Assembly: GCA_963751275.1 (NCBI GenBank)
Contig: CAVVTZ010000005.1
Location: 32,001-96,000 of the forward strand
Length of the DNA: 64,000 nucleotides
Reading direction: 5' to 3'
Source: an uncultured Gemmatimonadaceae bacterium
GTDB taxonomy: Bacteria; Gemmatimonadota; Gemmatimonadetes; Gemmatimonadales; Gemmatimonadaceae
The position numbers and the translations under genes are program-made. Numbering within the stretch: position 1 is the stretch's first letter; each line of letters starts with the position of its first letter. The notes under the pieces are model-generated. The model was not told where the DNA came from and ran no database searches. It was given only the letters and a program-made list of their open reading frames with translations. Shown here in pieces: positions 23,055 to 32,127 of the stretch.

Positions 23055-24861
23055 TCACTTGCAGAATTTCTTCAACTGTCCGTCGACGGCCGGGGTGTAC
23101 TGCTGCAGCGCGGAGAGGATCTGCTGCGCCACCTTCGGGTCGATCGACCCGCCGGCGGCGACGTTGATCTGCGCGATGAGCAGGTAGTCCTGCGCCTCGT
23201 GCGCGAGATCGCACCGCTTCGCGTTGACGTTCGCGCGCACCGCCAGATCGCCCACGGAGAACGCCGCGAGACCCTTCACGAACTTGGCCTGGGCGCTCGG
23301 CGCGATGCTGTCATCGAGCGACAGGATCGCGACGGCGCGCTTGTAGTCCTCCGCGTTCTGCGGCTGGGCCGCCTTGGCCGCCTTGAACGCCTGGTTGCCC
23401 ACGACGAGCAGCAGCTGCTTGCCCGCGATCATGGAATCGGCGCTGAGCTGCTGGGCCCAATGCGCGGAATCCACCGCTGATTTCGGACTCTTCGGATCGC
23501 CCTTCGGCGGCTTCAGCGCCAGCCGGATCGCGGCCACCGCTTGGTCGGGGCGCTGCAGATCGATGAGCGCCTGCGCCGCGAGGATGTACGAGTGGCTGTT
23601 GGTGGAGTCGAGCTTGATGAGCTGGTTCGCCGCATCGAGCGCGGCCTGCGGATTGCCGCTCAGCCGCTGCACCTGCGAACTCAGGCCCCACAACGTGGGA
23701 TTGAGCGGGAACTTGGCGAGGCCGGCGGCCGTCTCGGTCGCGGCCATCTTCACCTCGCCGAGGCGGGCGTACGCCGCGGTCTGGCGGATGAAGAACGTGG
23801 TGTCGGCCGCCGACGTATCGACCTTCACCATCTCGTCGCCGATCTGCGTCGCGCGGCGCATGTCCGCGGTGTCGCCCGTGGCGAGCAGGATCTGCCACTC
23901 GAGCTTGATCGAGATCCGGGTCGCCCGGATTCTCCTCGACCGCCTTCATGATGATCGGCTTGGCGGCCGGCGCGTAACCGCTCGCGCCGATCTTGATCAC
24001 CACGTCGGAGACGAGCTGCGGATTCTTCGGGTCGATCGCGATGAGATTGCCCCACGCTTCGACGGCCTTGGTGAGGTAGAACCGCGTGCTGTCGGACTGG
24101 CCGGCGGCTTTCGCCGCCTGGCCACGCTTGCGGTACTCCTCGCCGAGCATCGTCCACGCGAGCTTGTTGCGCGGATCCAGCTCCGTGACCCGCAGCGCCA
24201 CCGCGACGATCGAGTCGCTCGAGTAGTCCTTCTTGATCCACGCGTTCGCGAGGCAGATGCGGCCCACCGTGGAGGCGGGATAGACCGCGATCGCCGCGCG
24301 CGCCGACGCGATGGCGCCGTCCAGATCGTTGTTCTGCGTCTTGTGGAGGCAGGCGACGAAATCGGGCACCTCTTTGCGCGCCGCCTGGAAGGACTTGGAC
24401 ACCTGCGAGGCGACGTCGCCGAGCTTCGTGCCCGACGCCGGCGGGAGCGGCTGCGACATGTCGATGGAGCCGGTCACGAAGAAGCGCGTGTCGAGCTTGT
24501 ACGCGTTGCCCGTCTTCACCACGTTGCCCTCGAGATACTCCTCGGTGCGGAGCGTGGTCGCGAGCAGGCGCGCGGTCAGCCCGTCGGGCGCGCTGTCGCA
24601 GCTGAAGCCGGAGGCTTCGAGGTTCGCGCAGACGGTGGTCTTCGCGATCACCGCGAGCTGCTTCACGCTCACATCGGAGGCAATGCGCTGCCGCACTTCC
24701 TCGGACGCCTGGGGACCCAGTCCCTTCTCGTTGCCGCGGAACGGCACGACCATGAGACGGGGCACCTCCTCGCCGGCGCGCTGCGCGGCGAGCGAGCCCA
24801 GCGGGGCGAGCGCGGCAGCGGCGACGAGCACCGCGACGAGTGAGCACTGAGCACGATTCAT
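23055..24861 (-). CDS. Secreted TPR-repeat protein with TolB-N/CsgG-like N-terminal domain (frameshift near 23910)
   Basis: Signal peptide ending LAAQ, RLMVVPF...YLEGNVVK...KLDTRF alpha/beta pattern, TPR-like helices with ELDPRN, AIDPKN and KLDSTN turns. Confidence 0.65.
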
Positions 24862-24939
24862 TGCCTTCACGGGCGACGACCTCCGAATGTGTACACTGAA
24901 TACCCCCGCCGTGACGCTGCGGCTCCGGCGGGACACCAA

Positions 24940-25013
24940 TGGGCGAAGAGGGATTCGAACCCCCGACATCCTGCGTGTAAGGCAGGCGCTCTAACCAGCT
25001 GAGCTATTCGCCC
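24940..25013 (-). tRNA. tRNA-Val (anticodon UAC), CCA not encoded
   Basis: GGGCGAATAGCTCAGCTGGTTAGAGCG-CCTGC-CTTACAC-GCAGG-ATGTCGGGGGTTCGAATCCCTCTTCGCCCA folds as a cloverleaf. Confidence 0.96.
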
Positions 25014-25086
25014 AACGCAACCGCCGGCGACGGCCCCACGCGCCGCGCATCGCGCGGGGCCGGGGCCGCCCGAGACTGCGGAGAAA

Positions 25087-25257
25087 TTACGTGAGAATGG
25101 CCACCGGAACCAGCACGCAATAGCCGATCACAAGGAGCACCGGGGCGATCGTGTCGCCGCCACGGACCAGGTCCGCATAACCGCCGGCGAGCGCGAGCGC
25201 CGCGAGCGACCACCAGATCGCGGCCTTGATGCGTGGAGTCGATTCCGTTTTCTGCAT
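25087..25257 (-). CDS. Small 56-aa two-TM membrane protein
   Basis: MQKTESTPRIKAAIWWSLAALALAGGYADLVRGGDTIAPVLLVIGYCVLVPVAILT, directly after a consensus promoter. Confidence 0.7.
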   Translation of the reverse strand: MQKTESTPRIKAAIWWSLAALALAGGYADLVRGGDTIAPVLLVIGYCVLVPVAILT

Positions 25258-25266
25258 AAGTTGTAA

Positions 25267-25295
25267 AGGATAGACCCCCCCGCTGGCAGTGTCAA
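25267..25295 (-). promoter_or_regulatory. Sigma70 promoter TTGACA-N17-TATCCT
   Basis: Perfect -35 at 25290-25295, -10 at 25267-25272, 17-nt spacer. Confidence 0.8.
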
Positions 25296-25314
25296 GCAAC
25301 GGCGCGGCGCGCAG

Positions 25315-26358
25315 TTAGGACCTCGTAACGCCTTCGGGAGGCTCCTCGTCGCCCGGCGGCCGCGGCGGGGGGATCGCACTCGCCAGGAGCGCCTCGATCG
25401 CGCTCTGCCGCGCCGCCCGCTCGGTGGCCTCTTCGGACGCCAGCATCGCGTCCAGGCGACGCCGGTCGCGCCGCCGTCGCGCCGAGTACAGCGGGATCAG
25501 CAGGAGCCCGAGGACCGATGCGAGCACGGTGATGTTCGCGAGCAGCGCGAGCGCGCCGTACCGGCGCATCGTGCGCGCGCGCCAATCCTTCTCGAACGAC
25601 GCCGCCGTGAGACCGTACGCCTCGCGCATCGCCTTGTCCATCGACCCGGTCGCGCGCCACCGCTCCAGGAAGAGCGACAGCCCGCGCACGGTGTCGATCT
25701 GCGCGAGATCGGCGACGGCCCGGTACGCGAGCGCGTATGCGGTGCCCGCCCGCACGGCGCCGCCGGTGAAGCCGGCATCGAGCGAATCGAGCGGTGGCAT
25801 GCCGCCGAGCACGAGGCCCACGCTCGCGGCGAGCACTTCGTCGCGCGCCCACTCGCGCGCGCAATAGCTGGCGTAGCCCTCATCGAACCAGCGCGGCGGC
25901 AGGTCGCCCATGGTCTCGAACAAGGCGAGATGCGCGAGCTCGTGCCGCAGCACGGACACCGGCTCACCGGCATCCGAGCCCGCGTGACTCCCCTGCATCA
26001 CGATCCGGCGCTCCGAGGGGATCGCGATCGCCGCGCCCCACTCCGGCGCGCCGGCGCCCGTCCACTCGCGGAACTGCCGCGCGCCCGGAGCGATCGCGAT
26101 GAGCACCGCGTCCCGCGGACGCGGCAGGCCCGGGAACGTGTCGCGCGCGGCCGCGCTGTCGAGCAGCGTGCGCGCGAGCGGCAGGTCGGCATCGCCCGCC
26201 ATGATCGTGAAGCGTCCGGCGGTGAGGCGCGTCATCTTCCCGTCCTGCGCGCGCGCGCCCGCCGGCGCGGCGAGCGCCAGCAGCAGCGCTACGATGAACG
26301 CGAGGGAGTGCCGCCGTCCTCGACGTGCTTGAGCATCTCGCCGCAGCGCTTCCCCCAT
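25315..26358 (-). CDS. Exported, C-terminally anchored peptidase MA-family (gluzincin) metallopeptidase; start uncertain
   Basis: Signal peptide (AFIVALLLALAAPAGARAQ), HELAH zinc motif followed by PRWFDEGYA, C-terminal TM and basic tail. Confidence 0.75.
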   Translation of the reverse strand: MGEALRRDAQARRGRRHSLAFIVALLLALAAPAGARAQDGKMTRLTAGRFTIMAGDADLPLARTLLDSAAARDTFPGLPRPRDAVLIAIAPGARQFREWTGAGAPEWGAAIAIPSERRIVMQGSHAGSDAGEPVSVLRHELAHLALFETMGDLPPRWFDEGYASYCAREWARDEVLAASVGLVLGGMPPLDSLDAGFTGGAVRAGTAYALAYRAVADLAQIDTVRGLSLFLERWRATGSMDKAMREAYGLTAASFEKDWRARTMRRYGALALLANITVLASVLGLLLIPLYSARRRRDRRRLDAMLASEEATERAARQSAIEALLASAIPPPRPPGDEEPPEGVTRS

Positions 26359-27150
26359 GGATTGAACTTGTTGGCGGCGAGTCCGTCGCGCCACGCCTGC
26401 TTCGCATCCTCCTGCTTGCCGTCGAACCAGAGCGCGCGGCCCAACTCGTAGTACGCTTCGATCAGGTTCGGCCCGATCGCGAGCGTCTTCCGGAAGAAGG
26501 TCTGCGCATCCTCGTACATCTCGCGCTCGGCATACGTGAGCCCCAGGTAGAAATGCGCGTAGAGCGTCGCCTTCCGGTCGTTGTCGAGGCGGATCGCCTT
26601 GGAGAGATGCTCGATCGCCTCGCCGAAGATCTTCTTCTTCAGGCAGATGTATCCGAGGTTGATGCGCGCCAGCGAGTTCGTCGGCTGGCGCATGAGCACC
26701 TTCTGGAAGTTGAGCAGCGCCTCGTCGTACTTCTCCTGCAGCATCTGCGCCCAGCCGAGCAGCGACTCGGTCTGCGGATCGTTCGGCGACAGCTCGAGCG
26801 CCTTGAGCAGCGCCTTCTCCGCGCCTTCGTGATCGCCGAGCGAGATGAGGCTCCATCCCTTCTCGATGAAGGTCGACGCGCCGATGTGGTCGGCGACCAC
26901 CGGTCGCTCGCTCACGAACTCCGGCGCGTTCGAGGGCGCGGTGGATTGCTGCAGCTGCTTCCACCGCTCGACGAGCTTCTTCACATCATCGCGCAGCGCG
27001 GTCATCTCGTGCGATCTCCTGCTCCGTCTGCTTGAACAGGCTGATGATCTCGCCCTTGATCGCGTCGCGCGCGTCCGGCGCGCCCGCGTCCTCGAGGCGG
27101 GCGGCGATCGCGTCGTACTGCTGGCGCAGGCTGTTCGCGTCGTCAGTCAT
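26289..27150 (-). CDS. Coiled-coil plus TPR protein (frameshift near 27010)
   Basis: N-terminal heptad region, then about 5 TPRs (KALELSPND, NLGYICLKK, YLGLTYAER, ELGRALWFDG). Confidence 0.8.
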
Positions 27151-27620
27151 GCGTCGCCGCCTTCACCGCTTTCTTGAGTTCGACCCGCTCGCTCGAGTTG
27201 AGCAGATGCGGCACATCCAGGAAGATGATGAGTCCGTCGTCCTGGCGCACGAGGCCGCGGAGATACTCGGCCTTGAGCCCGCGGAAGACCTTCGGCGGTT
27301 CGGCGACCCGGTCCGCCGGGATCGTCGCCACTTCGAGCACGGCATCCACGATCGCGCCGATCCATTCGTCGCCGGTGGCGAAGATGATGATCCGCGTCTC
27401 CGGCCGCGGATCGCGCCGCTCGAGACCGAATCGCGCGCGCAGGTCCACGACCGGCACCACTTTCCCCTGATGCTCGATCACGCCCTCGAGCCAGCCGGGC
27501 AGGTTCGGCAGCACGGTGGGCTTCGCGTAGCGCAGCACGCGCTCCACCGCCGCCACATTCGCCGGCGAAGCGGTCGTCGCCGAGGCGGAACGTCACGACC
27601 TGCTGGAGGGCGCCGGTCAT
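27143..27620 (-). CDS. cheW: CheW (frameshift near 27560)
   Basis: QVVTFRLG, LPNLPGWLEGVIEHQGKVVPVVDLR, GAIVDAVLEV. Confidence 0.88.
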
Positions 27621-28084
27621 GCGCGCGCTCCGAGGCACGCGCGCACGAGCGCGTCGGGATCGCACACCGCCACGAGCTCCGCGCCGCGTGGCAGCACGCC
27701 CGAGAGCACCGGCTCCGCCGACGCGGGGCCGGGCACCGGGCGCAACGACGCGATATCGGCGAGGATCACATCCTCCACGTCGTCCACGATCACGCCCACG
27801 CGGCCGCCGCGGCCGCGCACGACGAGCGTGACCTCGTCCCCCGCGCCGCTCCGCGCGATGCCGAATACCTGCTCCGCCGCGTACACCGGCAGCCGCGCGC
27901 CGCGATACTGCGCCACGCCCGCCATGTCGCGCGGCATGCCCGGCAGCGAATGGCGCTCGAGCGCTTCCACGGCTTCCTCCGCGTTCGCGAGCGGCATGGC
28001 GAAGAACTCCTTCCCCACGCGGAAGAGCAGGAATTCCGCGAGCCCGGTGAGCGGAGCGGCCGGCGCGGCATCGATGGGCGTCAT
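27617..28084 (-). CDS. cheW: CheW
   Basis: FLLFRVGKEFFAMPL, GVAQYRGARLPV, VGVIVDDVEDV. Confidence 0.85.
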   Translation of the reverse strand: MTPIDAAPAAPLTGLAEFLLFRVGKEFFAMPLANAEEAVEALERHSLPGMPRDMAGVAQYRGARLPVYAAEQVFGIARSGAGDEVTLVVRGRGGRVGVIVDDVEDVILADIASLRPVPGPASAEPVLSGVLPRGAELVAVCDPDALVRACLGARA

Positions 28085-29217
28085 GTCCTCTCCTTGCGCG
28101 TGACCGGGCGGCCGGCGCGTGCGGGCGTGGAGGGCGGCCGCCGCGCCGCGACGGTCTCGGCGATCGCGGCCGCGATCTCTCCCAGGGCGACGACGCGCGT
28201 CGCGCCCCCCGCCGCCGCGGCGGCCTGCGGCATGCCGAAGATGATCGAGGTCGCGCGATCCTGCGCGATGCCGGTCCCGCCGGCGTCGCGGATCGCGCGC
28301 AGTCCCTCGGCGCCATCGCGCCCCATGCCCGTGAGTACGACGCCGATCGCCGCGCCGCCCAGGCACTCGGCGGCCGAGCGGAAGAGCGGATCGGCCGCGG
28401 GGCGCACGCCCCAGATCGGTGGTCCATCGTCGAGCGCGAGCGCGGGGCCATCGGCGCCCGCCCGCAGGCGCAGGTGGCGTCCGCCGGGGGCGATGTACAC
28501 GTGGCCGCGGCGCAGCAACTGGCCATCTTCGGCCTCGCTCACCGGCATGCGGCTGTGCGCGTTGAGGCGCTCGGCGAGACTGCGCGTGAAGCCGGCGGGC
28601 ATGTGCTGCACGACGACGACGGCGGCGTCGAGCGTGCGCGGGAGCGCGGGGATCACTTCGGCGAGCGCGCGCGGTCCGCCGGTGGAACTCGCGATGGCCA
28701 CGACGCAAGCGGCGGCGGCGCTGGCCGGCGCTCCGCGCACTTCGGCCGACGGGATCCGCCGCGCCGATCCGGCTTCCGTGAACGCCGCGACGCCGCGGAG
28801 ATTCACCTCGGCGGCGGCGCGGAGCGCCTCGAGCAGCGGACCGCGCACCGTCGCGAGATCGAGGCTGATCGGGCCGGATGGTTTCTTCAGGAAATCCACG
28901 GCGCCGAGTTCCAGGGCGCGGAACACGGGATCGTTCGGCCCGCCGGTGGCCGCGCCGCTCAGCATCACGACCGGCCGCGGCGATTCCTGCATGATCCGCT
29001 CGAGCGCGGCGAGGCCATCGAGCTCCGGCATCTCGATGTCCATCGTCACGATGTCGGGCTCGAGCGCGCGCACCTTCTTGAGCGCGTCGGCGCCGTGGCG
29101 CGCCGTGCCCACCACGCGGAACTCGCCCGACCCGTCGATGAGATCGACGACGAGCTTGCGCATGAAGGCGCTATCGTCCACCACCAGCACGGTGCGCAGG
29201 GCGCTAGAGCTCGACAT
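28081..29217 (-). CDS. cheB: Response-regulator methylesterase CheB
   Basis: REC domain (VVDDSAFMR, TMDIEMP) plus the STGGP / QHMP / GMGRDG Ser-His-Asp triad. Confidence 0.96.
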   Translation of the reverse strand: MSSSSALRTVLVVDDSAFMRKLVVDLIDGSGEFRVVGTARHGADALKKVRALEPDIVTMDIEMPELDGLAALERIMQESPRPVVMLSGAATGGPNDPVFRALELGAVDFLKKPSGPISLDLATVRGPLLEALRAAAEVNLRGVAAFTEAGSARRIPSAEVRGAPASAAAACVVAIASSTGGPRALAEVIPALPRTLDAAVVVVQHMPAGFTRSLAERLNAHSRMPVSEAEDGQLLRRGHVYIAPGGRHLRLRAGADGPALALDDGPPIWGVRPAADPLFRSAAECLGGAAIGVVLTGMGRDGAEGLRAIRDAGGTGIAQDRATSIIFGMPQAAAAAGGATRVVALGEIAAAIAETVAARRPPSTPARAGRPVTRKERT

Positions 29218-29687
29218 TGCCCCTCGCCATCGAGCGCACTTCGACGCGCCCGTCACCCGTGTGGAAGTACACGCTGCGGCCGTGTCCGCCACCGACGTCC
29301 TCGCCGATCACCGGGATGCGCGCGAGCGCGAGCGCCTTGCGACTCGCCAGGAGATTGCGCTCGCCGATCTGCATGCCGGTGGAGGAAAGCAGCGACGTGA
29401 ACATGCTGGCGCCGCCGACGAGGCGCGCGGTGATGCGGCGGTCCAGCGCGCCCAGCGCGCGCATCTCGCTCGAGGAGCAGCGGCACCGCGGAGGACGGGA
29501 ACTTCGCGCGATTGCTGCGGTCGCGCGCCATCGAGTCGCTGGGCAGCAGCACGTGCGCCAGGCCGCCCACCTGCGCCTCGGGGTCGTGGAGCACGATGGC
29601 CACACAGCTCCCCAGGCCGATGCTGGCGATGACCGCATCCCCCTGCGCGACCGCGGCGTCGGCGACGTGCACGCGGATCTCCTTCAC
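29204..29687 (-). CDS. cheD: Chemoreceptor glutamine deamidase CheD (frameshift near 29470)
   Basis: GLGSCVAI, GGLAHVLLP, GGASMF, IGERN, EDVGGGHGRSV. Confidence 0.93.
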
Positions 29688-30505
29688 GACGCCCGGCGGA
29701 AGATGCGCTCGCGCGCATCCACGACCTCGAAGCGCGACCGCGCGGGGCCGGTGAGCGTCTCGACTTTGCCCTGGAAGAGCAGGCCGCCGGGGGCGAGCGC
29801 GTCGTGGAACTTCTCGAGCAGCGCCTCCTGGGAGCGGCGGTCGAAGTAGATCGTGACGTTGCGGCAGACGATGAGCTCGAACGGGCCGCCGGGCGGCGGA
29901 TCGGCGAGCAGGTCGTGCCGGCCCAGGCGGACGAGCGCGCGCACGGCCGGCGCGATGGCGTACGGCCCGTCGCCGGGGAAGTACGCGGCCCGCAGGTCGG
30001 CGGGCACGTCGGGCAGCGTGGACGCGTCGTACACGGCGCGCTCCGCCGCCTCGAGGCTAGCCGCGTCGATGTCCGTGCCGACGATCTCCACCGCGCGCGC
30101 CTTCTTGCCGAGCGCGGCGAGACGACGGTGCACGAGGATCGCGAGCGTGTAGGTCTCCTCGCCGCTCGCGCAGCCGGCGCTCCAGATGCGCAGCGGCGTG
30201 CGCGCCGCGGTGATCAGCGGCGCGAGCACTTCCGTGTCCAGCGCCGCCCACGCCTCCGGGTTCCGGAAGAAGCGCGTCACGTTGATGGTGAGCGCATCGA
30301 GGAGACGGTCGTACTCGGCGCCGTCGCTGTCGAGCACGCGCGCGTAGTCGCGGTAGGTGTGCACGCCGCGCGCGCGCATGCGCACCGCGATCCGGCGGCG
30401 CAGGCACTTCTCCTTGTAGCTCGCGCAGCCGAAGCCGCGCTCGCGCGTGATCTTGGCGGTGAGCGCCGCGAAATCCGCGTCGGACAAGGCGGTGCCGGCC
30501 GTCAT
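29684..30505 (-). CDS. cheR: Protein-glutamate O-methyltransferase CheR
   Basis: TINVTRFFRN, RIWSAGCASGEE, GTDID, IVCRNVTIYF. Confidence 0.95.
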   Translation of the reverse strand: MTAGTALSDADFAALTAKITRERGFGCASYKEKCLRRRIAVRMRARGVHTYRDYARVLDSDGAEYDRLLDALTINVTRFFRNPEAWAALDTEVLAPLITAARTPLRIWSAGCASGEETYTLAILVHRRLAALGKKARAVEIVGTDIDAASLEAAERAVYDASTLPDVPADLRAAYFPGDGPYAIAPAVRALVRLGRHDLLADPPPGGPFELIVCRNVTIYFDRRSQEALLEKFHDALAPGGLLFQGKVETLTGPARSRFEVVDARERIFRRAS

Positions 30506-32127
30506 GCGGGCATCGTCCTCACGAGATCGAGGTTCGTGCGGATCACTTCGTTCTCGGGGTTGAGCGCGAGCGCACGCTCCCAGTAGGCGAGCGCCTGGTC
30601 CTTCTCCTGCCACTTGAAGCGGATGTTGCCGAGCTTGAAGTACACGTCATCGCCGAGCGCCGGGTCGAGCTTGATCGCACGCTGGAACGCCTCGAGCGCC
30701 TCGTCGTAGCGCGAGCTGCGATAGAGGCAGTCGCCGAGGTTCTTGAACAGCTGCGGGATCGAGCCATCCTCGTGCAGGCCGCGCTCGGCCGCCTGCGCGG
30801 CGGCGGCCATGTCGCCGCGTCGCTCGTGCACCGCCGCGAGCGTGTTGTAGAGCACCGCGGCGTGCGGATGCAATTCGACGCCCTCGTTCACGATCTCGAG
30901 CGCGCGGTCGAGCTCGCCGGTGAGCGCGGCGGCGAGCGCCGCATAGTGGAACCACGCCGGCGATGGCGGGCGCTTCCCCCAGAGCAGCCGCGATGCGGTG
31001 AGCAGCGCATCGGCCTCATCCACGTCGCCGCTCTTGAGCGCGAGCACGCCGAGCGACGTGCGGATGCGCGGATCGTCCTGGCCGCCGCGCTGGATCGCCT
31101 CCTGCAGCGCCTCGCGCGCGTCGTCGTAGTGGCCCATGCGCTCGAGCGCGTAGGCGAGGTTGTGGAAGATCGCCGGGCGCACATTGGGCTGCGCGCCGGC
31201 CTCGCGCAGCGTGAGCACGGCCTCGGACCACTTCCCCTCGCGCATCGCGACGAGCCCGAGATAGAATCGCGCGGGGACGTCGGTCTCGTTCAGCTCCACC
31301 ACGCGGCGGAACTCGCGCGTGGCCTCCTCGAACATCGCGGTCTTGTAGAACGCGACGCCGAGGTTGCGGTGCTCCTCCACGCGCGCCTCGCGCACGCCGT
31401 CATCCACCGGGCGCGACTTGCCGGCGCGGTGGAGGAAGCCCGCGGTCGCGAGCGCGTACAGCGCCTTCCCCACCTCGAACTCGCCGATCCCCGAGGCGTC
31501 GATGAGCGTCGTGACGTCGCGGCGGCCATCGATGAGCGGGATCAGCTGCTCCTGCGTCGGCGTCAGCTGCGCCTCGCTCTGCGACAGGCGCGCGCGGTCC
31601 ACTTCGAAGATGATGTCGAAGCTCGGCACCTTCTTCTCGATCAGGCTCCACTCGTCCACGCGCCGCGCGCCTTCCAGCAGCAGCGACTCGGGATTGATCG
31701 ACACGAGGACGTCGTGCTCCTCGGGGCGCATGTCGGCCTCGAAGCTGAACGTCCCCTGCGTCCACGTGAAGAGGTAGTACACCGCCTCCTCGATCTGCAC
31801 GCGGATGTAGCGGTGCAGCTCCTCGCGCGTGAGGATCTGCTGCTCGATGAGGATCTCGCCGAGCCGCTTGCCGCGGTGCGCCTTGCTCTGCGCCTCGATC
31901 GCGACGTCGAGCTCGAGCTGCGTGACCACGCCGTGCTTCACGAGCAGGTCGCCAAGGCGGTCGCGGCGGTTGACGATGGACGCGTACGAGATGCGCCCGC
32001 GGTCGAAGAAGATGTAGCCGAAGTTGTTCCGATCGGCGACCGACAGGCAGCCGGTCTTCTGCCCCATGGCGAGGAGCTGCAGGACGTCGGGGAGCGACGC
32101 CTCCTTGAGACTGCCCTTGATCGCCAT
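30502..32127 (-). CDS. DUF4388 (PATAN-like) + tandem MshEN-like motif + TPR protein
   Basis: GSLKEASLPDVLQLL..KTGCL, RLGDLLVKHGVV..L...I..Q, FTWTQGTFSF, LLLEGARRVDEW, C-terminal TPR array. Confidence 0.85.
   Translation of the reverse strand: MAIKGSLKEASLPDVLQLLAMGQKTGCLSVADRNNFGYIFFDRGRISYASIVNRRDRLGDLLVKHGVVTQLELDVAIEAQSKAHRGKRLGEILIEQQILTREELHRYIRVQIEEAVYYLFTWTQGTFSFEADMRPEEHDVLVSINPESLLLEGARRVDEWSLIEKKVPSFDIIFEVDRARLSQSEAQLTPTQEQLIPLIDGRRDVTTLIDASGIGEFEVGKALYALATAGFLHRAGKSRPVDDGVREARVEEHRNLGVAFYKTAMFEEATREFRRVVELNETDVPARFYLGLVAMREGKWSEAVLTLREAGAQPNVRPAIFHNLAYALERMGHYDDAREALQEAIQRGGQDDPRIRTSLGVLALKSGDVDEADALLTASRLLWGKRPPSPAWFHYAALAAALTGELDRALEIVNEGVELHPHAAVLYNTLAAVHERRGDMAAAAQAAERGLHEDGSIPQLFKNLGDCLYRSSRYDEALEAFQRAIKLDPALGDDVYFKLGNIRFKWQEKDQALAYWERALALNPENEVIRTNLDLVRTMPA

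Noticed and set aside
24900..25090. tRNA-Val as integration site of a genomic island carrying the che/Mgl block
   Set aside because: No integrase, no duplicated tRNA 3' end noticed, no evident compositional shift, and the block is translationally coupled to core rluD.
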